Position numbers and translations under genes: made by a program. The notes under the pieces are model-generated. The model saw nothing but the letters and a program-made list of their open reading frames with translations, made no database searches and was not told where the DNA came from. A stretch of 63,148 nucleotides of DNA, the filler included, from Sluysia triapertura (lineage: Eukaryota): NCBI GenBank assembly GCA_046118255.1. It is 5 parts of 5 records of this genome, joined end to end, with 100 filler letters (N's around TTAATTAATTAA, not from the genome) between each part and the next. Parts side by side here need not be neighbours in the genome. Positions count along the whole stretch, not along the records: positions 1 to 16,339 come from JBJNIA010206370.1; positions 16,440 to 27,712 come from JBJNIA010186525.1; 3 more parts are not named here. One strand, written 5' to 3'. Shown here one piece after another: positions 12,700 through 25,658 of the stretch. How positions within the stretch are numbered: the first letter of the stretch is position 1; every line of letters starts with the position of its first letter.

Positions 12700-14177
12700 T
12701 AATATTAATGATTTTAAGGTTCGAGTTTTATATATTATTACGAACATATTCGGATACATTTCCATCTTTTCAGATTGCAGATTCTTTATGAATAATAAGA
12801 ATGTCTTTGTAGATATCATTGGGCACAACTGTATCGACTTGTCTACATGATTACTGAATTCCATGTTTTAGTGATGTTACCAAATGATCCAATCTTGTTC
12901 TGTGTTCTGTCACTACTTCATGGCTGTTACTGATTTCAGATATATTACGAAAATTTGGACAGTGTAATCCATACATTATACATTTATTATAAGAATCAAG
13001 TTCGCTGGGACATTGTTCTGTTCGTAAATGATTAAGAGAAATTGCGTTCAAAGATAGCTTGGAAATGGATTGGTCTCGAACATTTATAATTAGATGAGTA
13101 ATAATATTTAGCCGTGGTGGAACTACTTGGAACCCTCATAATATGACTTGATATATACTATCCAACTTTTAGCATTTTTTAAATCTGGAGTTTCCTTCAA
13201 ATTCGTTCTTTTATCACGACTATTTTCGTGTTGTGATTTCAATAACAGAACTTGATCAGAAACATAATGCATATTATCACTTGAGCAGTATTGTTGAGTA
13301 AACTCATAGGAACTTTTTATCTTCACGCATTAATGTCATTAAGATTAAATTTTGTATCATCCATATCTTGATCATTCAAAGAACATCGACTTGTAGCATT
13401 AAATTTAAATAAGGGAGGAACTCTTTTGGATATTAATCTGGAATTAATTAACAAAAATTTTATTGATGGATGCATCTTTAATTTTTCTTTAAAGAGAGTT
13501 AACTAAATCCGATCAAATAGCTTAAATATGTCTTTGTAAATATCTTGAAATTCGATGAGCGATTCAATTTTGTCATTATTACAAATTGAAGAGTTAAAAT
13601 TGAAATAGATAGTTGGTATACTCGAAAAAGAGAAAGGATGTACAGATGATTGAGTCGATTCAGTTTAGATGTTTGTAATAAATATACGTGCAATGCGAAT
13701 CAATGAACAAATTAAATGTTTGATGTACTTCGAAGAACATTTTGGATATAAGGTCATAAAAAATATACCTTTTTGTGATTCAAAATAATTTTGTGTAACA
13801 TGTAATGCAAATACTAAATAAGTATTATTGAACGTCCTCATTACTTGAGGATTACAATGAATAAACTTTACCAACTTTCGTACATATTGCTTGTACATTA
13901 ATCTGCATGCATTAACATCAAAAGGTATTATTTTCTAGGTATGTAAAAATCTTAAATGGTCTTCTGAACCTTGATAATGTTTTGTTTCTAATAAAGACGT
14001 TTCGTAACAAACAAAGTGATAATCAATATCAATTGATAGAGTACTCATTAAATAAGGCATTAAGATCTGAAAACAATTTTTATTTTTTAAAATTGATAAT
14101 AAATTTAAGTTTTGGTTTTCATTGAACTTTGAATTACCAATCTCATTACCATAAATTGTATTAGCTTTTATATTCAT
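12700..14177 (-). pseudogene. Degraded coding sequence of unknown family
   Basis: One frame runs from ATG 14177 to TGA 13325-13323 (284 codons) with only three internal stops (13937, 13667, 13505). It then continues in shifted frames (ORFs 13123-13326 and 12851-13051). Confidence 0.6.
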
Positions 14178-16339
14178 TAATTATTAATATAAACTTTAAA
14201 TTTTTAAACATTTTGAAAATTTTTTTATTTATTATTTAACTTTTTTAATTTATGATTTGTTGTGCCAATGTTTTACTTCCAATTTGTATAATTATTTATT
14301 CATCATATAACATTGTTACTCTCGTGTGATTGGACATCCAATACTATAAGAGATAAGATGCGTATAGTTAGCATTACATGATTTCAATTAGTGTCTGTCA
14401 TCAGTAGATAGAAAGCATAGTATGTAAAATTAATTTTAATTAAGTTGTCTAATGATGACTGACAATGACATAAAATTTGTTGATAATAAAACGTAATAAT
14501 ATTGAAGATATTAATGATAATAAAAATTATTACCATAATTGAATAAAATGAAATAATAAAAGAAAAAATAAATGCATAAATTCTGTCTTTTCAACATAAT
14601 CTTTCTTTAAATAACTTTCTCTTTCTTATTAAATAAAATTCTTTTAATTTAATACCTTTAAATAAAATTGTCTTTAGTTCTCTTCTTTCTTGATTATGTA
14701 CATACTTCATTTCTTTCCTTAAATGCTTTTTAAAATATTAGATGTAATTCTTATGTCCTTTGAAAGAGACTTCATTTGGTGATTACAAAGATATGAATTA
14801 TGGAAAGAGCTGATGAGAGAATGTTTAAAGGAAATAATGGATAACTAAAATGTTGAAGGAATGTTATTTTAATTGCAATGTCTAAAATGGTTTCAAAGTG
14901 TTAATTTAATGACTTTCGGTGATATTAGAAATAGAATGTTAAAGGATTGTAAACATGAAATGTTTTGGATTGATTTTAAGATGTATATTTTTAGTTTAAG
15001 ATGAAAATTGTAATTTTGGTGTTATGAAATTGTGGATTAAAATGTTTTGAATAAAATTTAAAGTGCGTTAATGTTTTTGGTGTTGTAAAGCTGTAAATTT
15101 AAAATGTTTTGAAATGTGAAGTCTAAAAAAATAAAATTTAGAAAAGGTTTTGATACATACAATGTTAATGAATGTAATTATGATTTTAATGTTATGAAAT
15201 TATGAGTTAAACATGTTTTAAATGAATTTTTAAATGTAGGTTATTAATCTGAAAGTAAATGTAATTTTAATATTATAAAGTTGTGAAATAAAATGTTTTG
15301 AAAAGATCAAAATAAGGTTTTATGGATGTAGAAGGTAAAATGTAAGATATTAAGAGATATAATATTTTTTATGGAATAATAATTTTAATTTTGAATGAAA
15401 GGTTAGCAAATTTAACTCTTGCAAATTTATAAATTGTTTTGTCTCAATTTTATGTGACCTGAAATGGTGTAGTATGATGCTCTTATGATGGCAGAGTGGT
15501 AATTATGTTGAATATCGTTAATGACTTGAATTAGTATGAGTTTGTCAAAGAGGATTGGTCGAATGGTGCTGTGCTATCTTAAACATTATTAGTCTAGTGT
15601 AACAATATGTATCATAACGACGAGGAACTAAACTTAATCGAGTTTGGTGATTTTACTTTATTCATAATTATTATTAGTCATTTTAATTCTTCCATAAATT
15701 GTATATAATTGTAATTATATTATGTCAAAATATAATTGTAATTATATTATGTCAAAATAAATTTATTGAACTCAATATAAAATAATGTACAATAACTATA
15801 TTTTTAATAATATTAACTTATTAATTCTTAAGCTCCAGACACATAAAAATGGCAATAATTACAAAATTAATTTTTTTACAATGATTTGACCATTAACATT
15901 TAACTTTCATAATAGTCAGTAATACGATTTTTTATAACTGGCACTTTCAAATATCTGTACCTCAATAGTATTTAATGGATTAATTATAAATATACTTTAT
16001 AATATCTAAATATTAATTATAATATTAGAAAATCGAAAATTATATAATTCAAACAAAATAATTTTTGTCGGCATAGAATTTGAGACATAGAAAACATTAC
16101 AACAAACGATGATTAAACTAAGTCTTTTTTAACCTATGTTACATTAAATAAATATATAAATTGTGATTAATTAAAACTAAAAGAGAAGATACAATTATCG
16201 GAAATTAGGTAACATTTGTAAAATGTGAAGCTATGTTTGAATTTAGGCAACTGAAATTAAAATTATTTCAGTAATTATTCATTTTAGTTAAACAAATTTA
16301 ATTTTGTTATTTTTTATGAAAATGAAGACATTTTTTACT

Positions 16340-16439
16340 NNNNNNNNNNNNNNNNNNNNNNNNNNNNNNNNNNNNNNNNNNNNTTAATTAATTAANNNNN
16401 NNNNNNNNNNNNNNNNNNNNNNNNNNNNNNNNNNNNNNN
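16340..16439. other. Artificial scaffold spacer N44-TTAATTAATTAA-N44 (also 27713-27812, 39948-40047, 51213-51312)
   Basis: The same 100-bp construct appears four times; the 12-mer has stops in all six frames. Confidence 0.97.
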
Positions 16440-16769
16440 ACAGTTGATAAAGGCATGTCTTTACCACTTGATACGAGTGAAATTGAAGCTGGTAGTGTTG
16501 GTGTAAATATTGTTTGGTGAATGTTACTTAAACTACGACTATTACTAGTATCTAATGTAAATGAAAGTGATGATTTGATGATTGTATTATTTAAAATATG
16601 CAAGGAACCAATTAAATTAATATATGTGCCCTTACGAGAAACATACTATTATATGAGACAGTTCTATTGAAATATTGGAGTTGTTAAAAGATCAAATTCT
16701 ATAACAGATACTAAATATGTACTTTAAAGACTGACACTTATATAAATATATAAAAAATGGAAAAAAATG

Positions 16770-17062
16770 AAAGGATAAGATTGATAACAAGGATGAAAGA
16801 TATAATAATAATAACGTTGTTATTATGTTTATTAACTGAATTGTTGATGTGATATGAAATTTATCATATCATATAACAATGACTAATTATTATATATTGT
16901 TTAGTACGATTTGAATTGTAATAATAATATCTGTAGTTCATGATAATTATGTGCAATGATTATGTTTGTTTTTTGAATGAGTTTAGTTTGTTTAATGATC
17001 TGTGTATGTGTGAAATGTTTTTATGCGATGAAGTGTGATGAATTTTATGAGATTTCCCTACA
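16770..17062 (+). repeat. Repeat family R2, copy 3
   Basis: Similarity to 640-830 and to the reverse complement of 7055-7395. Confidence 0.7.
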
Positions 17063-17231
17063 CTATTTTTCTAGAAGTCATAATCACATTAATTTTTAAA
17101 AAGCATTATTAAACAATTTTTAATCAAATAATTTCGATTATTTGATAATTTGTAAAAAAAACTTTCATTCCACTTAATTTTTTGAACACTTATTCATTAT
17201 AAAAGATAAAATTTTCAAAGATTAAGTATAC

Positions 17232-20200
17232 CTTACGAACTCGAGCGACAAGTTGCTGCTGTTGCTGCTGCATATTGCTATTTGTAGTACTGTTATTATC
17301 ATCATTCAATGATTTGAATTGTTCCAGCTCTTTCTCAAGTTCTAAAATTCGATTCTTCTGTTTCTCACTTTCCGTCGTTGACTGATACAAATGCTGTTTC
17401 TCCATCAGTTCCATGTCAGATTCAATACGTATCACTTTCTGACGCAATTCTTCACACTCTTGTCGAAGTTCAATCACAGTACAGTTTTCTTCTGATTCCT
17501 TATTATCCTGTGTTTCTGGCAATTTTTTGGCCTGATTAGACTCAGCAGCTTCTGTCTCGTATTTAGATTTCAATACACTTTCCAGCTCAACTAGTTTTTC
17601 TGAAAAATGCACATATAAAAATAAATAGAAATAATCCATTAATAGATAAAATGAATGTCTACTATATACTATTTGTGGTGGCGAAATTTCCAAGCAGTGT
17701 TTTAAATAAATTAAAACTAACCGATCAATTGTTTGTTTTGAGTCTGCAGAGTTTCGCATTTAGATTCTATAACCTTCTTGTCATCTGAAAAACAACGGTG
17801 ATAATAAAGTTAAAGCGCAATACAAATTCAAACTAAAACACAACATAAAGGAAAACTGTAACAAAATCAATATCAAATCAGACTGTTCAATTTTACTAAT
17901 CCAATTTCTTTTTTCTCAATCAACACACGGTCCCACAATCGAGATGCTACATTTAGTAAAATACTCTCAGTGATTTATTGTGCATCAATTTTTATTCACG
18001 TACCACAGATAAATTATTTTAATAGGTTAATAATAAAGTATAATAAAAGATTAATAGTAAATAATAACTGCGTCAAAGTAAAATAATATATAAATATTTA
18101 CGTCATTATATAATTTAGAAATAAGTAATTAATTTTACTTGTTTCACTCAAATATTTATTAAGCCTTGTTAAAAAGAAATCTGCAAATCATGTTTAGTTA
18201 CGTTCCAATGTTTTCAACGCTAAAATTTACCTTGCACATTGAGCATTTCCATTTTCAACGTGTCAGATTTGCTCTTCTCTTCGTTCAGTTGAGCTGAATT
18301 GAGACAAATTCAGATTCAGAAAAATAGATACCTGATAAAATCATCAATTGCTGCTGAAATTTCTCTACTTGCTCGTCTGGACAGGTTTGAATTCCCACAC
18401 AGCTGCTGGTACATCGATGCTCTACACCGTGCACTTCCAGAACAGCACCACTTCCTCGAATCTCATCTGAGTCTTCTGTTTCTTCTGCACTAACTATATT
18501 GTCTAAAAAACTGTCAAAGTTTTTCAAATCTTCCAAACACTCGTTTTCAACTTCTTGAATATCATGCGAATGTTGTGTCTTCTGTTCTTCTAAAATCCCC
18601 AATATAAATTTCACATTAACTTTGATTTTTAAAAAAATAACCTATTGAGGGAACAGCACTCTCTAGTATCTCGATTTTTTCATGGGCTTCTTTTAATTGA
18701 ATTGACAATTCATTACAATGTTTCTCTAAGTCATCTCGAGCTTCACTAATTTGTCTTTGTTGAGCTTCCATTTCTTGGCGAGCTTCTAATAATTGCTTCT
18801 GTGCAGTCTCCGCATCTTGACGCTGCTCAGCCAAAACACGATTCGATTCTTCATTTTCTCCCTGAATACATTCCAGAGCGTGTCTCAGTTGATTGCACTC
18901 ATCTTCACTAGATACCAATTTCTGTTCTAAATCTATTAGTTTCTGAACTACTTGGCATTTTTCCTCATTCAAACTTTCTAGTAGCACTTTGCTTTTGCGT
19001 TCAATATCGTATTTTTCTTGAACTAATCGCATCAAACGACTTCTAGTACTACTGCAGCTCCTCTCTTTAATTTTTATTTGATTTTGTTCCGTTGAAGTCA
19101 TATCTTCATCATCTCCGCTAGCTACTTGCTCCACCTCATCTTCGCTTTCTCTGGGCCTTTCTAGGTCGATATCTGTCACAGTGTATAAGTCAACCTGATC
19201 CTGCAACATCTGCAGTTTCTCCAGCAAGCGATCTTGATTCAAAATAACCTGGAATGTTAAATGTAATTAAACATTTGAATATTTGAATAAAATTAGTTAT
19301 ATTGCATTGAGGACAGATGACGTTAATTCAAGTAACATCTTTTAATTTATATTATTTCAACAAAATATGCGGGAATTCAAACAATATGCTTTTCCTCACA
19401 TACCGTCTGCAATGTGTTAATATGTAATAAAATAAAATGAATTTATAATGTACCATAAAGTTAAGAATGTAGGCTGATTTAATGTTATAGAAAAATTAAT
19501 CGTATTTACTGAAATAGAAAGATATTATAGAAAGATATTTGCTGAAATAACATGTACTATAAGTTGAAGTTGAATTATTAAATTATATAAATGATTTTGT
19601 ATATCTGAAATAATATATTGTTATTACTATTATTATTAAACTATATGATGATATATTTACTGAAATAACATTACATATTACTTGTGAAATTGAATTATAT
19701 AAGTGAGTATTATAGAAATGCCATGATTGACTAAATATTTGCCAGGTGATTTAATTAAATATTTAGTAGCACTTGGTTATTTTGTGGTTCTATCATTGAT
19801 TCAAGTTTATTCGGTAGTTTACTCCTTGGTCATATATTGATTACTGATTGAATAACTTTTAATAGTTGGTAATTTTAATTTTAAATTCAATTCCAGATCA
19901 AATAATGGTATCAGATTAATTGAAATAACTTCCTATATTAGTCCATTATATCGATTAAAATTATTAACCAAGAAACTTGATATGAAAATAACAATATTTT
20001 TATTTATCCATCACACCTACTGATATACTTTAAAAATCCTATAGGTACGTCTTTCAAGAGGAATATAAACCGCATATTATAGGCGAACCCATAACTGATT
20101 TATTTTGTAAGATAAATTTAACAAATTAGGAAAAATTACTTTTAAAATACTTATAATTGTTTTTATAGTTATTATTATTAACTGAATTAAGCTAATAAAT

Positions 20201-21506
20201 AATAAAGTAATGGTGGATGTATGTTAAGAATTGATTTTATTTATGTTGAGAATGAATGGTAAACTTAATTTATAATAAAATAATGATCGATGTATGAAAT
20301 GACTGAAAAATAAATAAATTTACATTATTTTGTAAAGTTAACTGAATTAAATATTAAATATGTATACAGAAATAATAATTTTGTACCAAGTTAAATGAAA
20401 TAAAATGTGGATAATTTTGGTACAATAAATGTGTGGCTGAATAACATAGGTTTAACACTAATATGGATTTAACACTAAATCCATACGATTAATTTTTCTA
20501 TGATTTAGAACTTTAAGAAATAAATTGGTTAAAAGATTTAATCAAATAAGTACTGGATTTATATTTAATACCTATCAAAATAATAGTACAGTAATTTTTC
20601 CTTAATTTTCATTATTGAGTTAAATATATTTTGCTGATAAATTTAAGATAAAAATAAATAATTAAACCTTCCAACTGGAATCAGATGCTTCTTGAGTATC
20701 AATAATTAATTTACTAAGACTTTGCAACTTTTTTTCTAATGTTTGTTCACGATATGAAGCTTCCTAAAGTGAAACAAATTTATTTAAGTACAATCATTAA
20801 TTTATATCTTTAAAATTAAATACTAAAATATACTTGAATATACTGACCAAGCTGATAAATTTGTTCTTCATGATAATTTGATAATTGAACTCGACCAACA
20901 GATAATCGTCCGACATTATAAAGACCACCAATTACGTCAGTTCTACATAAATATTTATAAACTTAAAGTACTTACTGTCGTCGTAATTCAGTTCCGTCAT
21001 GTAAAACAATTGTAACATGAGCAATAATACAACCATGAGTAGCTATTAAAATTTAAATAATTAAATTTCATAAAATATTACTAGTATTTTCTACAACCTC
21101 CACTCCAAACTGAATTATATCACCACTGTAAATTTCGCGCGGCATACTTTCTTCCGTACCTTTGCTTAGTAATTGATTATTTACATAAGTTCCGTTGCTA
21201 CTTTTTGTATCTTTCAACATTACTTTACCACCTGTACTTGAATCAAACCATATAATAGCATGATTTCGTGATAAAACTTTACAATCAAATATTCCGTTTA
21301 TGTCGGATGGACGAGCTCGAGCAACTGACCTGCCAACTTTAATTGTATCATTAAGTACGATACGCCGTTCGTTAAACTGATGAGAATCTGGTTGCTGAGT
21401 TAATATTAATACTGGATATTCAAAGTTTTCATCAACGTGTATTGGATTAACTAATTTTAATAAATTTTAAAAAACTTGAATTTATTTACTTACTCGATTC
21501 AGTCAT
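17232..21506 (-). CDS. SLMAP: Sarcolemmal membrane-associated protein (FHA + coiled coil, STRIPAK adaptor); 3' end not resolved
   Basis: Exons: 21506-21494, 21450-21082, 21042-20976, 20942-20834, 20763-20668, 19248-18642, 18589-18332, 18293-18231, (possible exon near 17784), 17599-17232, all with GT-AG introns. Translation includes KVGRSVARARP...FDCKVLSRNHA...DTKSSNGTYVN...GDIIQFGVEVVENT.THGCII and QLGQYIQEASYREQTLEKKL...TQEASDSSWK.ILNQDRLLEKL, matching SLMAP. Confidence 0.93.
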
Positions 21507-21937
21507 ATTTTAATATGTTTTTGCAAAATTTGTCTCCAAATGGAAACAAAACTATTTTAAGTAATTCTTTTAATTTGTATTTATTACAAACGACTTTTAA
21601 ACATTTACTTATTTTAAACAAAATTAAAAATTATGTGCGTAACTTAAATATTGATTCACTATACGTATTAAATTAAATTTCAATTTTTATTTTTTGTATA
21701 TTCTTAATAATTAATTGTAATTTTTTAATTAAAATATTCCTAAAATATAGATTACCATCTACTAATTGAATTTTTACGTGTTTAAAATTAATGATTAGGA
21801 TTTTAATATTAAAATTTAACAGTTATTCATTTATATATTAAATTCATATTTACATAAATTTACATAAAACTAAAGTTCAAAGTATTATCTAAGCATTAAA
21901 AGTACTTCATAACGAAGCATATCGCATACAAATATTG
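21507..21937. promoter_or_regulatory. Putative bidirectional promoter and 5' UTRs between SLMAP and MyD88
   Basis: Only 431 bp of very AT-rich sequence separates the divergent predicted start codons. Confidence 0.5.
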
Positions 21938-23142
21938 ATGGCTAAGTCAATAAATTTGATATCGAATGCAGTTACTATACCATCAAATTGTAATGGCAAA
22001 AAACATTCTGTTTTATCAGAAGAAGTAGAATGTAAACTTTGCAATGTATTGTATAAAGTTCCAATTGATGCATTATCAGCTGAAAGTCTAAACAAATTGA
22101 AATATTTAGATTGTTGCTTTTTAGTAAATGATTCTGATTATAGTCGAAGAGATTATCGCGGATTGGCAATTTTGATGAATTACAGTGTAATGGAACTGAA
22201 CTACCTGATTGATCTTAAAAATTTTATGTCACCCACTTTAGCAATTTTAGAAAAAATGAAAAAAGAAAAGGTATAAAAATTTTTTTAATTGTAATTATCT
22301 TTTTAGAATTCTGTTGGCAGTTTGATAGTATTTCTTCGCACTTTAAAGCGATTTGATATTCTAGAAAATGTTAAAGATGATTTAATTGCTGATGTCTGGT
22401 CGTACTTAGGGAAGAATCCTGTAGACCATCAATTTAAAATGACGCAAGATTGTGGCAACTGTGAATTTGTATCTAAACAAGAATCTATGATAACACGAGA
22501 TACTCCCCATCAATATTTTACAACAGATCTCATTTTGAATTCGTCTAACTTTGTTTCTGAAAGCAAAAGTGGCTCTAGATTTAGTTTACATGACGATCAG
22601 CAAAATATGTATGATATATTTCTTAGTTTTGACAGTGAATCATTATCTGATATAAAGGTTTGTATTAATAATTTTAGCTATAATATTGATTAAAAATATT
22701 TGAATTATAAATATAAATTCAGTTAATAAATAATTGTAGGTAATGCAAGATTTGAGTAATTTATTAGAAGATGCTGGTTTATCCATTGCTAAAGGTTCGT
22801 ATTCATTTTTTCAAGGATGCTGTTTAGTAGAAGCTTATGCAAAGGCTATTTACAACAACTGTCGAAAAGTTATTATAATGTTGAGTAATTCTTACATAAA
22901 GTCCGAGATATGCATGATGCAGTTAAATTTTGCAATTGATTCCGATAAAGCATTATGGAAAAAGAAAGTATGCGTATTGTACGTGAAACTAATTATTTTA
23001 TTTTATGTAGGTCATTCCTTTCTACGTAGAGCCCATTTCAAAAATTCCTCCAGTTATAGTTAATGTTAATGGTTTTAAGTATTACGATAGTTTTTGTAGA
23101 AAGAATTATTTAACTAATTTTATTAGACAAATGAAAATGTAA
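21938..23142 (+). CDS. MYD88: MyD88 adaptor (death domain + TIR), about 347 aa
   Basis: Exons 21938-22270, 22307-22657, 22740-22967, 23011-23142 (all phase 0, GT-AG). Death domain: VPIDALS...RDYRGLAILMNYSVMELNYL...SPTLAILEKM...SVGSLIVFLRTLKRFDIL. TIR: YDIFLSF...CRKVIIMLSNSYIKSEIC..QLNFA...KKVIPF...IPPVI. Confidence 0.9.
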
Positions 23143-23829
23143 CGATTTTACTCTATCGATATTTTAGTCGTATTTATATCATTCATAATTGTACTATATA
23201 ACTCATCATTGTTAGAACTCATTTTATTTAAAATATATTGTTTTATTTTCATCGAATATTAAATAAAAAATGCAGAAGAAATTCCATTTCGCCAATATAA
23301 TTAATCGAGTGCTGATATCAAAGATTTGATTATTGATCAAGAAAACATTTCAATAAAATGTTTAGCAGCGTTACATATTTGAATAATGAAAATGTTTGAT
23401 ATGCAGGTTTGAAATAGCAATTGATAACATCGAATTTTTTCTTTCTGAAGTTGTCTTTAGTTTTCGAAAAATGTTACTCAGGATTTCGAAAGTTTATATT
23501 GAATTGATCGGTAAGAATAAACCATTCCTTAAAGAATTTCATTAGCTGCTATTAAAAACCAGAATAAATTTTGAAATAATTGTGTTGCGATTATAAAATG
23601 TGAAATAATCATACATTTTTAATTTTTCATAATCAGTTAGCAACGAAAATGAAATTATTCGAAGATTTAATATTGTAAATGGCATTTATGTTCTGAATAC
23701 TTATTTCACAATACGTGTGAAGTCAGGTCTCAAAGTTGTGCAAGTGTCAAAAGAGTCAAGTTGATGTTAGTAAATAAGATAAAACCTCTCATCACTTATT
23801 TCGAATGATTGTAAATAATACATTTGATT

Positions 23830-24020
23830 TTCGCATATTCTTGACAAGGTTCCGGACTAATCAAAGTAAAGAATTCAGTCATTTTATGCGAACTTTAATT
23901 ACTTGAGTAGGCGAATATGCCAGTTTGTAGCATTTTAGGTTGTGAAACTCGGCCTCTCTATACGACTTTTTATTATCGGAGCGAATGGTTCATTTTGTGT
24001 TCGTTTCAGCAAACGCTTTA
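23830..24020 (+). mobile_element. Possible decayed LTR-retrotransposon integrase fragment
   Basis: Frameshifted pieces RTNQSKEF and LGCE...TTFYY..ANG resemble the integrase motifs RTDQGKEF and TTPYHPQANG. Confidence 0.3.
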
Positions 24021-24449
24021 TTGTTATATTTCTAATACTTTGTTTAGTTATTAGAGTAATGTTAAAGGCAGTAGGATATAGTGTACATACTAGAAAACTC
24101 TGAATAAATACTTTTTAACAGATTTTAATAATATTGTATAAAATAAAGATATTTTGGATTCAAGAAAATTAGGATTTAAGAAAGTTTGTAACAAGATTTT
24201 GAAGATTTCAATTAAAGCTGATTAATTAAAAGTACTTTGAATTTATTAATATGCGAACATAATATTTTTTTCGTAAAGTTTTGTTTCAATCTCTTAGGTT
24301 GGTGGATAAATTCGTGCAGTTTTTTTACAATTATGAAAAATACATACTGATCAAGAATAAAAACCCTGAAAAAATTCCAGATAACAAAATGAATTTATTA
24401 AATCATTAGAAAAAAACAAGTATCTCAGTCACAATCAGTGAGACATTCT

Positions 24450-24790
24450 TCGCCAAATCGATCACTTCCTTCCCATATTTGAAGCTTGGTGATTTTTGGT
24501 CGAAAAATTCTTCAATCGACGTTATTGTTTCTCAGTTTTCAAATGTGAAATCAGAAAGATGGTTCGATGTAGGGCGAATAGGGGGAGGAAATGGGGAAAA
24601 ACTTCCCACCTAAGCTCTTCAATAGCAAACATTATCATTGTGGCGACATGAAACCGAGCACTGTCATGCTGCAAAATTATCTGCTTCTTATTGGTCCTCT
24701 TTGTTATGATTAAGTTGTTCACAATAAAGTTAAGCATTGATTGTTTGGTTTCTTGACAAAATTTCGTAGTGAATAACACCAACTTAGTTC
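24450..24790 (-). mobile_element. mariner transposase fragment (pseudogene)
   Basis: IILQHDSARFHVA...IEELRWEVFPH followed by frameshifted PPYSPYIEPS matches mariner LHDNARPH...WEVLPHPPYSPDLAPS. Confidence 0.85.
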
Positions 24791-25658
24791 CAACAACCGC
24801 ACAAGATTTTGCGTTGTTGAACTTCGGATTAGATGTTGATTTTTTGTTTCTTCATTTTAATAAAATTGAAAATGATTTAAATAGATAATTCAGCTGAATG
24901 AATACAACTAAAATCAGTTAAAACAAGAAGTTGGTGTGTTTTCATTGCAACAAATAAATAATTCAGTATTACTTTGAATTATGTTCTGGTTGTTTAGATT
25001 TGGACACCCAAGATCATATCCTAAAGCCCATCATAGAACATAGTGATTTTAATGGTCCCATGTCGACTGTTGATGTCAAAAATATTAATTTCATTTTTTA
25101 TTGAGCCAAATGTTATTTTCATTTATTAAGTCAAATTTAATTTATTGAATTATAACTTCGCACATTTTTTCAACGCATATTTAGCTCGGCATGAAACTAA
25201 ATAATTCATACTTTTATTTAAGTCTCGTTAAGCACGTCAAATGTAAGATCCACAATAGTTCCAAATACTTCAACTTTAAAGAACACGAAAGTTGTTAAAA
25301 TATAAACACATTAAATCATTTTGTAATCCCAATTTCTTAATCTCGAATCTTTGTCATTTTTGGGAGAAGTGTTAACAATTTACGACAAAATTTTTAATAT
25401 TTGAAAACATAAAAACAGTTTAGAGTAATAAATTAACTTCTAAAATACTAAATCATAGGTAAATAATAGTTTAGAAAGTGGTGATTATACAATGAAGATC
25501 TCTGTTCCTGAATAAATAAAAAATAATCATTAAGATTAAAACTGTATTAAATTATAAATATATTCGAATCAAAATCACTGTTTTAATTTAATTATAACTA
25601 AAATCTATGAAAATGTAAAAATTAAAAAAATTACCTGTATAAAAACGGTAAGTCAAAT

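Noticed and set aside
13323-14177. Stop-codon reassignment or readthrough
   Set aside because: TAG, TAA and TGA all interrupt the frame and a frameshift follows. Neighbouring genes use the standard code.
16384-16395. Recurrent palindrome TTAATTAATTAA between N runs (four times)
   Set aside because: Artificial contig spacer with all-frame stops. Adjacency across these gaps is not guaranteed.
20462-20485. Perfect 10-bp hairpin TATGGATTTA-ACAC-TAAATCCATA in an SLMAP intron
   Set aside because: Single AT-rich instance next to a local duplication; explicable by template switching.
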